Shown here one piece after another: positions 21,193 through 31,241 of a stretch of 32,000 nt of DNA (its first letter is position 1; the number at the start of each line of letters is the position of its first letter). The notes below the pieces were generated by a model. It had not been told where the DNA came from, made no database searches, and worked only from the letters and a program-made list of their open reading frames with translations. The position numbers and the translations under genes were made by a program. Source of the DNA: an archaeon GW2011_AR10. GTDB lineage: Archaea; Iainarchaeota; Iainarchaeia; Iainarchaeales; GW2011-AR10. Location of the stretch: assembly GCA_000830275.1 (NCBI GenBank), contig CP010424.1, forward strand, positions 300,001 through 332,000. The letters run 5' to 3'.

Positions 21193-23085
21193 ATGTTTTG
21201 GCCGGCAAAAATGTGCAAAGTTAGGCTCATAGGCTTAAAGAGCAATTTAAAGCAGACAATAGAGGTGCTTGAAGAATACGGTGGGGCAGAAATAAAAAAA
21301 TTCAGGTCAGAAGAAATTCAAAACTCGAAGCCACTTGAAGAATTCCAAGAAATAAGCGAAAACCTTGTGAGAATGGAGGCACTTGCAAAAACCCTGAGCG
21401 AGGCAAGCGGCAAGAAATTCACTGCAAAAGAAGCAAAAGAACTATTAACTAACAGGGAAACAAGAAAACTCGAGAAAAAGATAAGGGAAATAAGTGAAGA
21501 GATGGAGAGGGAAAGTGCCGAGTACGAGGAGCTTGGGGAAAGAATCGCCAGGCTGAAGGAATTCTCAAAATTTGACATTGATTTCTCCAGAACAGAAACA
21601 ATGCATCTGCGCTTATTGGCGGGAAGAATTGCCAAGGCAAACAAGGCAAAACTGGATGAAGCATTAGGGAGAATTGGCGCGGAAGCAGTTGAAAAACCGT
21701 TGTCGCAAACAACCAATATTGCTATCATAGCGGTTCCAAGTTCGGCTTTTGGAGTTGACGAAGAGCTGCAAAAAGCCGGCTTTGAGAGAACGCCCATGCC
21801 AAAGATTGAAGGAAAACCAAGCAGGGAATTAGAGGTAACTGCCAAAAAACTAGAAGACCTAAAAAAAAGGAAAGAGTTGCTCAAGGCTGAACTCAATAAA
21901 ATCTCGAGACAAAGCTACTCTAAAATAGCAGCCATGAAAGAATACTTGGCCTTTGAAGACATAAAGGCAACCACTGCTGAAAAATTCGGCGCAACAGAAC
22001 ACTCGTTTGTAGTGGAAGCGTTTTTGCCTGAAAAGAATTACTCTGAGTTTGAGAAACTCTTGAAGCAGAAGTTTGGCCAGGAAATTTACCTTAAGGAGTT
22101 CTCTTCACAGGAAATTGACAGGAAACACGAAAAAGCGCCTACTTTGCTTGAGCACTCCAAAATAATTTCTCCCTTCGAGTTCATGACAAAGTTCATTTCA
22201 ATTCCAAAGCACAACGAAATTGACCCAACGCTGGTGTTCCTGGTTTTTTTCCAGGTTTTTTATGGCATGATTGTGGGCGATTTTGTTTACGGAATAATTT
22301 CACTGCTGCTTGCAAGGTTCTTCCTGTCAAAAGTGGCAAAAGACAGCATCCTTTACCCTGTTTCCATAATCTGGATGTGGAGCGCTATTCCTGCCATAGT
22401 GTTCGGCTTGATTTTCGACGAGTTTGCTGGAATGCCAAATGAAATGGTATTCGGGCTTCTGGGTTTTGAGCATTTCTCGCTTTATCACGGGCTTGAGAGA
22501 ATGCACAACATTGAAGCAATACTTGCGGCTTCAATACTCCTAGGAGTTTTCACAATGGCGTTTGGCTTTTTGCTGGGTTTCATAAATGCAGTGAAGCACA
22601 ACGACAGGAAGCACGCAGTGGCAAAGCTCGCGTGGTTCGGCATAGTTGCATTCGGGGCGGTATTTGTTAGCACGCTAATGTTCAATTCTTTTCCGCAGGA
22701 ATTCCTGTTGCCGTCAGGAATAGTGTTAATTGTTTCAGTGGCGTTGGTTATTTACTTGGAGGGAATCATTGGTGCAATGGAAATACCAAGCGTTGCCGGC
22801 AACGTGCTGTCCTTTGCACGAATCCTTGCAGTGGGCCTTGTTGGAACAGTAATAGCGTTCATACTGAATGATCTGGCTTTTCCAAGCCCTGACAAGGGGC
22901 TATTGATAATACTTTTCCTGCCACTCTACATTGGCGGCCATGTGTTCAATGCGTTCCTGGCAATGTTTGAGGCACTGATCCAGGGAGCAAGGCTAAATTA
23001 CGTTGAATTCTATTCCAAGTTTTATGAGGGTGGTGGAAAAGAGTTCAGTCCATTTAAATTCCATAAAAGATTCTTGAGAGATTAA
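21193..23085 (+). CDS. atpI: A-type ATP synthase subunit I (membrane stator a-subunit homolog)
   Basis: MFWPAKMCKVRLIG start 1 nt after the atpH stop (the ORF also opens at TTG 21181). Soluble coiled N-terminal half plus a multi-TM C-terminal half with LSFARILAVGL (conserved Arg region). About 630 aa. Confidence 0.9.
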   Translation: MFWPAKMCKVRLIGLKSNLKQTIEVLEEYGGAEIKKFRSEEIQNSKPLEEFQEISENLVRMEALAKTLSEASGKKFTAKEAKELLTNRETRKLEKKIREISEEMERESAEYEELGERIARLKEFSKFDIDFSRTETMHLRLLAGRIAKANKAKLDEALGRIGAEAVEKPLSQTTNIAIIAVPSSAFGVDEELQKAGFERTPMPKIEGKPSRELEVTAKKLEDLKKRKELLKAELNKISRQSYSKIAAMKEYLAFEDIKATTAEKFGATEHSFVVEAFLPEKNYSEFEKLLKQKFGQEIYLKEFSSQEIDRKHEKAPTLLEHSKIISPFEFMTKFISIPKHNEIDPTLVFLVFFQVFYGMIVGDFVYGIISLLLARFFLSKVAKDSILYPVSIIWMWSAIPAIVFGLIFDEFAGMPNEMVFGLLGFEHFSLYHGLERMHNIEAILAASILLGVFTMAFGFLLGFINAVKHNDRKHAVAKLAWFGIVAFGAVFVSTLMFNSFPQEFLLPSGIVLIVSVALVIYLEGIIGAMEIPSVAGNVLSFARILAVGLVGTVIAFILNDLAFPSPDKGLLIILFLPLYIGGHVFNAFLAMFEALIQGARLNYVEFYSKFYEGGGKEFSPFKFHKRFLRD

Positions 23086-23099
23086 TGGAGGTGTACGAA

Positions 23100-23336
23100 A
23101 TGGTAGTACTAGAAACTCAGGGTGCAATGGCAATAGCAGCAGGAATAGCAATTTTCGGCGGGGCTCTTGGAACAGCTTGGGCTCAGTCGGCAATCGGCTC
23201 GAGTGCAATGGGAGTCATAGCCGAGAAGCCAGAGCAGGCTACAAAGCTGATAATCTGGCTTGCAATACCGGAAACAATCGTTATTTTCGGCTTTGTTGTT
23301 GCGTTGCTGCTGGCACTCAACACAGGTGGGGCATAA
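23100..23336 (+). CDS. atpK: A-type ATP synthase subunit K (proteolipid c subunit), single hairpin, 78 aa
   Basis: G/A-rich helix 1 (AAGIAIFGGALGTAWAQSAIG), then loop AEKPE, then helix 2 with the ion-binding PET motif (LAIPETIVIFGF). GGAGGTG at 23087-23093, 6 nt upstream of the ATG at 23100. An in-frame ATG at 23085 is also possible. Confidence 0.9.
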   Translation: MVVLETQGAMAIAAGIAIFGGALGTAWAQSAIGSSAMGVIAEKPEQATKLIIWLAIPETIVIFGFVVALLLALNTGGA

Positions 23337-23379
23337 GCGCAGGGTGTTTCCACCAATTTTTTTTAACAAGAGTGATTCA

Positions 23380-23958
23380 ATGAGCTTGGAAGGACTCAGG
23401 AAGAGCCTAGTGCAGGAAGCCAAGGCAGAAGCGCGAAAAATGATTTCGCAGGCAGAAAAAGAAGCCGCGGCAATAACTGCAGCTGCAGGGGAGAACGCTA
23501 AAAAAACTTTAGCACAGGCGAAAAAGAGGGCTGAGGAAATGGCTGTTGCAGAGAGAAGCGAGGTGATAGGTGCAGCACAGCTGAGGGCAAGAAGAATAAC
23601 CAGTGATGCTCGCAATGAACTAGTTGAAAAAGCATTGTCAGAAATATTTGGGGAAATGGTCAAGGCAACTGAAAGTGAAGACTACGAAAAATTCATGGAA
23701 AAAATAATCACTGAAGCCGAGAAAGAGCTAGGCGAAAAAGCAGTTGTTTTCGTTAGCTCAAAGGACAAGAAAATCGCCAAGAAAATCAGCAAGAATGTTG
23801 CACCAGAAGATGCTGAAATAAGCGGCGGTGCAATAATAAGGACAAAAGACGGCAGTGTAAGCATTGACAGCTCTTTGGAAGCCATTTTCGAGAACAACAG
23901 GGAAAACTCAAAAAAAGTCATTTTCAATGAGCTGTTTAGGAAGGGTGTGGCAAGATGA
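23380..23958 (+). CDS. atpE: A-type ATP synthase subunit E
   Basis: MSLEGLRKSLVQEAKAEARKMISQAEKEAAAI shows the typical long N-terminal helix, followed by a globular C-terminus (GG-I--T-DG-V--D-SLE). The ORF-track start at 23260 would overlap atpK, so the internal ATG at 23380 is preferred. Confidence 0.85.
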   Translation: MSLEGLRKSLVQEAKAEARKMISQAEKEAAAITAAAGENAKKTLAQAKKRAEEMAVAERSEVIGAAQLRARRITSDARNELVEKALSEIFGEMVKATESEDYEKFMEKIITEAEKELGEKAVVFVSSKDKKIAKKISKNVAPEDAEISGGAIIRTKDGSVSIDSSLEAIFENNRENSKKVIFNELFRKGVAR

Positions 23959-25028
23959 TTAGCATTGAAAGGTCTCTGGCTGTTAGGGCGCTGACATTCG
24001 GTTACGCTAATGCGCGCGTGAAGGCAATGAAGCAGTCATTGCTTAGCTCTAGGGAAACGCAGGCGCTGGCTGAAGCAAAGGACAATGAAGAATTATTTGT
24101 TTTGTTGGAGAGGACAAGCTATAAGCAGGACCTTGTTTCAGGTGCCCTGAGAGAAAAAACCATTCCTGACCAAATAGAGTTGGCCTGCAGCCACAATTTT
24201 TCAGGAACTCTTGAAAAAATAATCCAAATAACGCCAAAAAAGCATCGTGAAAAAATAAGGAAACTGTTTGAAAAATACGAAATAAACAATATCAAAGCAA
24301 TGCTCAATGCCAAGCATATGGGGTTGGGAAAAGATGAGATAAGTCAGCTCATATTGGAAACTGGCATTCTCTCAAAAGCAATGCACAACAGGCTCTTAAG
24401 TGCAAAAACTGTCAGGGAAATAGTAATCGAGCTTGGAGTAACACCTTATGGCAGGGCCTTGGAAAAAGTTTACAAGAAATACGAAAAAGAAAAAGAGGTC
24501 GCGATTCTTATAGCGGCTCTAGATGAATATTATTACAATAATATACCTAAAATTGCGAAATTGGGCTTTGGAGAGGAAAAAGCAATCATTTCAATGCTGA
24601 AGGCGCAGGCAGACGCAAAAAATATTTCCAGCATGCTCAGAGGGAAAAAGGAAAACCTCAGCGAAACCGAAATCCGGAAAACTCTGGTAAGTGAAGGCAG
24701 CATTTCCAAGGAAAAAATTAACCGTGCTTTGAAGGCAAAAAGCGTCGAGGAATCAGCAAAAGTATTCGAGCGAACGCATAATATTTCTATGGCAATAGAT
24801 GCTTTCAAAAAAACAGGCAGCCTTATTCCAATTGAACTGGAACTCGAGAAGGGGATTGCCAGAAAAGGCCTTAAAACCCTTAGAACAAGCAACCTCTCGC
24901 TTCAGGCAATAGCCGGATTTCTGCTTCTAAAGGAAGAGGAAATAAACAACATCAGGAAAATAGCCAGGGCAAAAGAGTTCAGTTTATCGCCTGAAAAAAT
25001 GAAGGAAATGCTGGTGGAGGTGCAGTGA
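23955..25028 (+). CDS. atpC: A-type ATP synthase subunit C (V-type d homolog)
   Basis: 357-aa helical protein with the FGYANARVKAM start motif, in the canonical operon position. ATGA overlap with atpE. Confidence 0.85.
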   Translation: MISIERSLAVRALTFGYANARVKAMKQSLLSSRETQALAEAKDNEELFVLLERTSYKQDLVSGALREKTIPDQIELACSHNFSGTLEKIIQITPKKHREKIRKLFEKYEINNIKAMLNAKHMGLGKDEISQLILETGILSKAMHNRLLSAKTVREIVIELGVTPYGRALEKVYKKYEKEKEVAILIAALDEYYYNNIPKIAKLGFGEEKAIISMLKAQADAKNISSMLRGKKENLSETEIRKTLVSEGSISKEKINRALKAKSVEESAKVFERTHNISMAIDAFKKTGSLIPIELELEKGIARKGLKTLRTSNLSLQAIAGFLLLKEEEINNIRKIARAKEFSLSPEKMKEMLVEVQ

Positions 25029-25352
25029 ATGGAGGCAAAAGACAGCATAGTGGTTGTTGCTGACAGCCCAACCTGCACTGGCTTTAGGTTGGCTGGAGTG
25101 CAGAAAGCGTTTTTTGGTTTAGGAAAGGAAGCGGAAACCAAAATTAATGAACTCATTGCATTGCCTGATGTTGGCATTATTGTGGTTAATGAAAATATAA
25201 TTGATTCGCTTGATTGGAGGCTGAAAAAGAAAATTGAGAGATTGGCGAAGCCAGTAATAATAGCAGTGCCTGATAAGGGCGGCCCATCAGAGCAAGTGGA
25301 CTCATTAAAGAGCATGATTAAGAGGGCTCTTGGTTTTGAACTGTTGAAGTGA
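25029..25352 (+). CDS. atpF: A-type ATP synthase subunit F
   Basis: IVVVADSPTCTGFRLAGV and ...GIIVVNENI...PVIIAVPD are typical of subunit F. GGAGGTG ribosome-binding site at 25015-25021. Confidence 0.85.
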   Translation: MEAKDSIVVVADSPTCTGFRLAGVQKAFFGLGKEAETKINELIALPDVGIIVVNENIIDSLDWRLKKKIERLAKPVIIAVPDKGGPSEQVDSLKSMIKRALGFELLK

Positions 25353-25375
25353 TGCTTTACTAGAGGTGAACAAAA

Positions 25376-27136
25376 ATGGGAGAAATACTAAAAATAGTTG
25401 GCCCGGTTGTGGTCGGAGAAAAAATGCTTGGAGCTAAAATGTACGACGTTGTAAAAGTGGGGGATGAGCGGCTTATTGGCGAAATAATCAAGCTGGGTGG
25501 TGATAAAGCGACAATTCAGGTTTACGAGGAAACCTCTGGCCTAAAGCCTGGAGAAAAAATTGTTAACACTGGCCTGCCTCTAACAGTTGAACTTGGGCCA
25601 GGCTTGCTTGAATCCATTTATGATGGAATACAAAGGCCGCTCGGAGAAATGGTTAAAAAATCTGGAAACTTTATCTCTCGCGGAGTAGTTGCAAATGCCC
25701 TTGACAGGAATAAAAAATGGGCATTTAACCCAACAGCCAAGAAAGGTGACAAGGTGAAAGGCGGTGACATTATAGGCGAAGTTAAGGAAACCGACATAAT
25801 TGTGCACAAAATAATGGTGCCGTTTGGCGTTGAAGGTGAACTGGCAGAAATCAGGAAGGGCAACTTTTCTGTTGAGGAGACAATTGCTTTTGTGAAGAAC
25901 GGCAAGGAAAAGCATGAGCTCACGCTAATGCAGAAGTGGGAGGTCAGGAGACCAAGGCCATGCACGGAAAAACTTTCACCGAATACTCCTCTTGTTACGG
26001 GCCAACGAATAATTGATACATTCTTTCCCATAGCAAAGGGTGGAACAGCAGCAATTCCTGGGCCATTTGGCTCTGGAAAGACTGTTACGCAGCAGTCACT
26101 CGCAAAATTTAGTGACTGCCAAATCATTGTATATGTTGGTTGCGGAGAGCGAGGCAATGAAATGACGGAAGTGCTAAAGGAATTTCCGGAACTTTTGGAT
26201 CCAAAAACCAAGAAACCGTTAATGCAGAGGACAATACTTATTGCAAACACTTCGAATATGCCGGTTGCAGCACGCGAAGCATCAGTGTACACTGGCATAA
26301 CGATAGCAGAGTATTACAGGGACATGGGTTATGATGTTGCACTAATGGCTGATTCTACTTCTCGCTGGGCAGAAGCAATGAGGGAAATCTCAGGGAGAAT
26401 AGAGGAAATGCCTGGCGAAGAAGGTTATCCTACATACTTGGCAAAGAGGCTGGCGGAATTCTATGAAAGGGCTGGAAGAATCATATGCGTTGGCAACCCG
26501 GCTAGGAACGGTTCTGTGTCAATTATAGGCGCGGTTTCACCGCCTGGAGGAGATGTATCTGAGCCGGTTTCACAGAACACTCTGCGTGTAACAAAAGTGT
26601 TCCTGGCGCTTGATGCGAAGCTCGCTCAAAGAAGGCATTTTCCAGCTATTAATTGGCTCAAAAGCTACTCTCTTTACACTAGCACGCTGGAACCAACTTA
26701 CGCAAACTATGTTTCTAGTGATTGGACAGAAAACATGAGAAAAGCAATGGCTTTGCTCCAGAAGGAAGCCGAGCTCCAGGAAATAGTGCAATTGGTTGGG
26801 CCTGACGCTCTGCCTGAAAAGGAGCAGGCAATACTTGATGCCGCGAGAATGATTAGGGAGGATTTCCTGCAGCAATCAGCTTTCTCTGAAATTGATGCGT
26901 CAGCATCACTCAAAAAACAATACAGGATGCTCAAAGCAATTCTCAAGTTCTACAACAAGGCAATTGATGCTCTTGACCTTGGAGTGCAGCTAAAAGCCGT
27001 TACCTCTTTAAAGGTTAGGGAGAGCATTGCTAGGATGAAGGAAATAACAGAGAACGATGTTGACAAGAAAATCGACGCAATAATGGGCGAAATCGATTTG
27101 CAATTTGACAGAATGGTAAAGGAGGCAGCAAGATGA
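25376..27136 (+). CDS. atpA: A-type ATP synthase catalytic subunit A
   Basis: GPFGSGKTV Walker [21 protein letters not shown], and the non-homologous region typical of A subunits. At 586 aa it has no intein-sized insertion. GAGGTGA ribosome-binding site upstream. Confidence 0.97.
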   Translation: MGEILKIVGPVVVGEKMLGAKMYDVVKVGDERLIGEIIKLGGDKATIQVYEETSGLKPGEKIVNTGLPLTVELGPGLLESIYDGIQRPLGEMVKKSGNFISRGVVANALDRNKKWAFNPTAKKGDKVKGGDIIGEVKETDIIVHKIMVPFGVEGELAEIRKGNFSVEETIAFVKNGKEKHELTLMQKWEVRRPRPCTEKLSPNTPLVTGQRIIDTFFPIAKGGTAAIPGPFGSGKTVTQQSLAKFSDCQIIVYVGCGERGNEMTEVLKEFPELLDPKTKKPLMQRTILIANTSNMPVAAREASVYTGITIAEYYRDMGYDVALMADSTSRWAEAMREISGRIEEMPGEEGYPTYLAKRLAEFYERAGRIICVGNPARNGSVSIIGAVSPPGGDVSEPVSQNTLRVTKVFLALDAKLAQRRHFPAINWLKSYSLYTSTLEPTYANYVSSDWTENMRKAMALLQKEAELQEIVQLVGPDALPEKEQAILDAARMIREDFLQQSAFSEIDASASLKKQYRMLKAILKFYNKAIDALDLGVQLKAVTSLKVRESIARMKEITENDVDKKIDAIMGEIDLQFDRMVKEAAR

Positions 27137-28521
27137 GCGCAATGATGAAAGAATACCAGACAGTAACAAACGTTGAAGGTCCGCTTGTTTTCGTAGAAAG
27201 AGTCGGGAATGTAGGCTACAATGAGTTAGTAGAAGTTAAGCTGCCGAATGGCGAGAAAAGGAAAGGTCAAGTGCTTGAAACGTCGAAAGGTCGTGCAGTA
27301 ATACAAATATTCGGCTCAACTGTTGGTTTGGACATCCAGAAAACCAAGGTAAAATTCGTTGGGGAAACAATGAAGCTTGCTGTTTCAGAGGAGATGCTGG
27401 GAAGGGTCTTTAATGGGTTTGGCGAGCCACGTGACAAAGGAACACCAATAGTTGCTGAGAAAAAAATCGACATTATTGGAGCAGCAATCAACCCCATGTC
27501 CAGGGAGAAACCGGTTGACTTCATTCAGACAGGAATTAGTGCAATTGATGGCCTCAACACGCTGGTGAGAGGGCAAAAACTGCCAATATTTTCTGGTTTT
27601 GGTTTGCCGCACAATGACTTAGCAGTGCAGATTGCAAGGCAGGCAAAAGTAAGAAACCAATCTGAGAATTTTGCAGTTGTGTTCGCTGCTGTCGGAATAA
27701 CCCACGAGGAAGCGAATTTTTTCATGAAAGACTTTGAAAAGACTGGTTCGCTGGAGAGAAGCGTGCTGTTCCTCAACCTAGCTGATGACCCTAGTGTTGA
27801 ACGACTGATAACGCCTAGAATGGCGCTCACTACTGCAGAATACCTTGCATTCGAAAAAGACATGCATGTCCTAGTAATAATTACTGATATGACAAATTAT
27901 TGTGAAGCTTTGCGTGAAATAGCTGGTGCACGCAAGGAAGTTCCTGGAAGGCGAGGTTACCCTGGTTATATGTACACTGACCTAGCGTCAATATACGAAC
28001 GCGCAGGCGTGATAAAAGGCAAAAAGGGTTCTGTTACGCAAATTACTATCCTCTCAATGCCATCTGATGACATCACGCACCCAATACCTGACCTTACGGG
28101 ATACATTACAGAGGGACAGATAGTTGTTGGCAGGGAATTGCACAGAAAAGGAATTTATCTGCCCATTGATGTTTTGCCTTGCCTCTCAAGGTTGATGAAC
28201 TTAGGAATAGGCAAGGGCAAGACAAGAGAGGACCATAGAGGCATAGCTGACCAGCTCTATGCTGCATATGCCCAAGGAAGAGATTTAAGGAGCCTTAGTG
28301 CGGTTGTCGGAGAGGATGCGCTAACAGAAATAGACAGGAAATACCTGAAATTTGCTGACGCGTTCGAAGGGCGCTTCATCAAACAGGGAAAGTATGAGGA
28401 CCGCTCGATAGAGCAAACCCTTGATTTGGGGTGGGAATTAATTGCAGCATTGCCTGAATCAGAACTCAAGAGAGTAAAGTTGGAGCATCTGGATAAATTT
28501 GGCAGGAAATTTAGGAAATGA
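27133..28521 (+). CDS. atpB: A-type ATP synthase subunit B
   Basis: Collinear with V/A-type B subunits: [46 protein letters not shown] overlap with atpA and an AAGGAGG ribosome-binding site. Confidence 0.97.
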   Translation: MSAMMKEYQTVTNVEGPLVFVERVGNVGYNELVEVKLPNGEKRKGQVLETSKGRAVIQIFGSTVGLDIQKTKVKFVGETMKLAVSEEMLGRVFNGFGEPRDKGTPIVAEKKIDIIGAAINPMSREKPVDFIQTGISAIDGLNTLVRGQKLPIFSGFGLPHNDLAVQIARQAKVRNQSENFAVVFAAVGITHEEANFFMKDFEKTGSLERSVLFLNLADDPSVERLITPRMALTTAEYLAFEKDMHVLVIITDMTNYCEALREIAGARKEVPGRRGYPGYMYTDLASIYERAGVIKGKKGSVTQITILSMPSDDITHPIPDLTGYITEGQIVVGRELHRKGIYLPIDVLPCLSRLMNLGIGKGKTREDHRGIADQLYAAYAQGRDLRSLSAVVGEDALTEIDRKYLKFADAFEGRFIKQGKYEDRSIEQTLDLGWELIAALPESELKRVKLEHLDKFGRKFRK

Positions 28522-28527
28522 TGGTAA

Positions 28528-29163
28528 ATGGCAGAGGACGTAAAGACAACAAGGCTTGAACTGATAGAAACACGAAACAGAATTCGGCTGGCACAAAATG
28601 GCCACAACTTGCTAAAGCAGAAGCGGGATGTCCTAGTGATAGAGTTCTTCAAAATAATGAAGGAAGCCAAGGACATGCGCTCAGAACTTAATGCAAAAAT
28701 GAAGGAATCATTTGAAGCGCTTGCAGTTGCCCAGGCTTATCACGGAATAATCGAAGTGGAAAACATTTCCATGGCAACAAAAAAAGCTCCTGATGTTGAA
28801 GTTCAATCAAAGAACGTAATGGGCGTGCATATCCCGAGCATTAGGGGGGAATACGTTTCAAAAACAATGAGTGAGAGGGGTTACAGCATTCAAGGAAGCT
28901 CAGCAAAAATCGATGAAACCGCAATCGCATTCGAGAAAAGCCTTGGGATTATCATTAAGCTTGCAGAAACAGAAAACGCTTTGAAAAGGCTTATCAAGGA
29001 AATCGAGAAAACCAAGAGAAGAGTGAATGCGCTGGACTACATTATGATTCCAGAACTCCAAGGAAAAGCAAAATACATCATCATGAGGCTCGAAGAAATG
29101 GAGCGCGAACAATTTATCTCTCTTAAAACCATTAAGGCAAAGCTAGAGAAAGAAGCTGCGTGA
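28528..29163 (+). CDS. atpD: A-type ATP synthase subunit D (central stalk)
   Basis: TRLELIETRNRIRLAQNGHNLLKQKRDVLVIEF is the typical subunit D N-terminus. 211 aa, last gene of the operon. Confidence 0.9.
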   Translation: MAEDVKTTRLELIETRNRIRLAQNGHNLLKQKRDVLVIEFFKIMKEAKDMRSELNAKMKESFEALAVAQAYHGIIEVENISMATKKAPDVEVQSKNVMGVHIPSIRGEYVSKTMSERGYSIQGSSAKIDETAIAFEKSLGIIIKLAETENALKRLIKEIEKTKRRVNALDYIMIPELQGKAKYIIMRLEEMEREQFISLKTIKAKLEKEAA

Positions 29164-29314
29164 CCATTAATGCTAAAACTGTGCTGCGGATTAGATGTTC
29201 ATTGCATGGATAGGCGATTGCAATTTAATTTGTAGTATGATTGGCTTTGGGTTTAAGGAAGGTTCAGAAAAGCTTAAATATTAAAAAAACGCTTAATTTC
29301 AATAGGTTGTTGGA

Positions 29315-29683
29315 ATGAATAATCTTTTGCCAATACTGGGCATTACTTTGTTGATTTTGATCAGTGGTTGCTCTTCTGGGCCTCCCCCGGGTTTTTACGA
29401 CAATTTCGCAAAGTGCACTGCTGAGAAAGGCGCAGTAATGTACGGCGCTTACTGGTGCTTGCACTGTGAGAAAGTCAAAAAGCAGTTTGGGGATTCGTTT
29501 AGGTACGTTAACTACGTTGAATGCGACCCAAAAGGAGAGAATGCCAAGCCAGAACTTTGCATTGAAAACAACATTGAGGAATATGCTACATTCATTTTCG
29601 CTGACGGCTCAAGGCTTACTGGAGAGCCAACGCTCAAGCAGATAGCTGATAAGACTGGTTGTACGCTGCCGGAGCTTGAGTGA
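29315..29683 (+). CDS. Secreted/lipobox-bearing thioredoxin-like protein (CxxC), VKOR-partner type
   Basis: Signal peptide ending LISGC (lipobox-like). MYGAYWCLHCEKVKKQFG resembles the Trx-like domain that is fused to VKOR in cyanobacteria and plants. Additional Cys pairs are present. Confidence 0.7.
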   Translation: MNNLLPILGITLLILISGCSSGPPPGFYDNFAKCTAEKGAVMYGAYWCLHCEKVKKQFGDSFRYVNYVECDPKGENAKPELCIENNIEEYATFIFADGSRLTGEPTLKQIADKTGCTLPELE

Positions 29684-30382
29684 ATGGTTTTAGAGCAAGT
29701 AACCCTGCCGCTTGTTATAATAACAGCTCTTATTGACTCAATTAATCCCTGCGCTATTGGGGTGCTCCTTTTGCTTGTTGCAACACTCGTGCAGGTTGCA
29801 CACGACAAAAAAAAGCTCTTGGTTATCGGCTTCATCTACATTTTTTTTGTATTCATAACATACATTCTGGCAGGCCTTGGCCTTATATGGTTTCAGGGCT
29901 TCCTGATTTCACTTGGCCTATCAATAATAATTGGGCTGATAGTTGGAGTGCTTACTATAATTCTTGGCTTGGTTGAGATAAAGGACTTTTTTTGGTACGG
30001 AAAAGGTTTTTCGCTTGCAATTGCCCCACAGCACGCCAAGGAAATAAAGAGAAGAATCCAACAGATTTCAGTGCCTGGAGCAGTAAGCCTCGGCATTCTT
30101 GTTGCAATGGTTGAGCTGCCCTGCACTGGCGGCCCCTACCTTGCAATAACAGCCCTGCTTGCAAGGGAGTTTAACTTTCTTGCATTCATTTACTTGGTGG
30201 TTTATAATATGATTTTTGTTTTGCCGTTGGCGGTAATACTTTTGCTTGTATACTTGGGTTACTCGCCTGAAAAAATGAAGCAATGGAAAGAGGGTGCGAG
30301 GAAGTGGATGAGGCTTAGCATTGGCTTGTTACTTGTTGCACTTGGAGCATTCCTAATATGGTATTATCTGGCTGCGGTCTGA
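29684..30382 (+). CDS. ccdA: CcdA/DsbD-family thiol-disulfide transporter (membrane electron transfer), 232 aa
   Basis: Six hydrophobic helices with the two hallmark membrane-embedded cysteines (DSINPCAIGVLLL and VELPCTGGPYL). The start abuts the Trx-like gene stop (TGAATG). Confidence 0.75.
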   Translation: MVLEQVTLPLVIITALIDSINPCAIGVLLLLVATLVQVAHDKKKLLVIGFIYIFFVFITYILAGLGLIWFQGFLISLGLSIIIGLIVGVLTIILGLVEIKDFFWYGKGFSLAIAPQHAKEIKRRIQQISVPGAVSLGILVAMVELPCTGGPYLAITALLAREFNFLAFIYLVVYNMIFVLPLAVILLLVYLGYSPEKMKQWKEGARKWMRLSIGLLLVALGAFLIWYYLAAV

Positions 30383-30393
30383 AGAAAAAGGGG

Positions 30394-30816
30394 TTAAATC
30401 CTGTTAAAAGAGTAAACCGAAATCGTGAAAATCAGTGTGAGCGAAAGATGGGACAGCATGCACCAAATGCAGACAGCATTTAACACAAACAACATAATGT
30501 AGATGAAGTAGAGTGCAATAAGAATTCCTGACCCTGAAAGAACTGCAATTCCAAAAACTGCTTTTTTTGCTGGCAGTTTTCCCTTCAATCCAAGCAAAGC
30601 AATAACAAATATTGCTATGAATGCGCTGAAACCAAAGAGCGATACAGGCACTCCAAAAAACTCTGAGTAAATGCTTCCGCTTACAATGTCGCAGCCTCCT
30701 CCGGCCTGGCAGCCGAGGCTTGAGGAAGTAACCTTGTTGTATGTTAGCAGAGTGTCAAATGACATTCCTGCGAGTGCAAGCAGAATTATTGCAGTGAAGA
30801 CTTTGGAATAATTCAT
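30394..30816 (-). CDS. Vitamin K epoxide reductase (VKOR) family protein, 140 aa
   Basis: Loop cysteine pair CQAGGGC followed by SGSIYSEFFGVPVSLFGFSAF, and the active-site CIWC (CxxC) in the last helix pair. Four TM helices. Confidence 0.8.
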   Translation of the reverse strand: MNYSKVFTAIILLALAGMSFDTLLTYNKVTSSSLGCQAGGGCDIVSGSIYSEFFGVPVSLFGFSAFIAIFVIALLGLKGKLPAKKAVFGIAVLSGSGILIALYFIYIMLFVLNAVCIWCMLSHLSLTLIFTISVYSFNRI

Positions 30817-30936
30817 TGTATGAAAGATGCATATTTTAGTATAAAAACGTTTCTGGCGGCGTGCTGGCTCAGTTCAGTTAACTTTCTTCAGGGAAAGCAT
30901 TTTATATATGGTTGAATTATTATCAATTGGTTTTCA

Positions 30937-31185
30937 ATGAAGAAACTAGTGGCTGAAGGGCTGAAAATTCTTATCCTTTTTTTGGCGGCAGCAGGTCTTT
31001 TTGGTTTGGTAATTTCATCATTTTTTCAGGGAATCATACTGCAGCTTGCTGGAAACAGCTTCAATGCGGCAATTCACTATACTCTCGCTGGAATCTCAGC
31101 AGTTGTGCTGCTGCTTGTCGGCTATGAAATCCTTAGGATTGCAAACACGTTTGACATAATCAGTTATCTTGCAAAGCTCAGGTAG
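30937..31185 (+). CDS. Hypothetical small membrane protein (82 aa, 2 predicted TM)
   Basis: ORF with two hydrophobic helices. A TATA-like gcattttatatat lies about 30 nt upstream. No recognisable family. Confidence 0.4.
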   Translation: MKKLVAEGLKILILFLAAAGLFGLVISSFFQGIILQLAGNSFNAAIHYTLAGISAVVLLLVGYEILRIANTFDIISYLAKLR

Positions 31186-31241
31186 TTGGTTAGCAACATA
31201 AAGGATTTTAATTAAACCAATAGTTGTTTTTTAGTGGTTGG

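Noticed and set aside
21318-26298. Long minus-strand ORFs inside the ATP synthase operon (21318..21896, 23109..23663, 24902..25315, 25618..26298)
   Set aside because: All are antisense to confidently identified atp genes. They have Ser/Phe/Leu-rich compositions and no recognisable motifs, so they are frame-shadow artefacts.
25376-28521. Intein or other insertion in atpA or atpB
   Set aside because: The lengths (586 and 462 aa) and uninterrupted collinear motifs match intein-free subunits.
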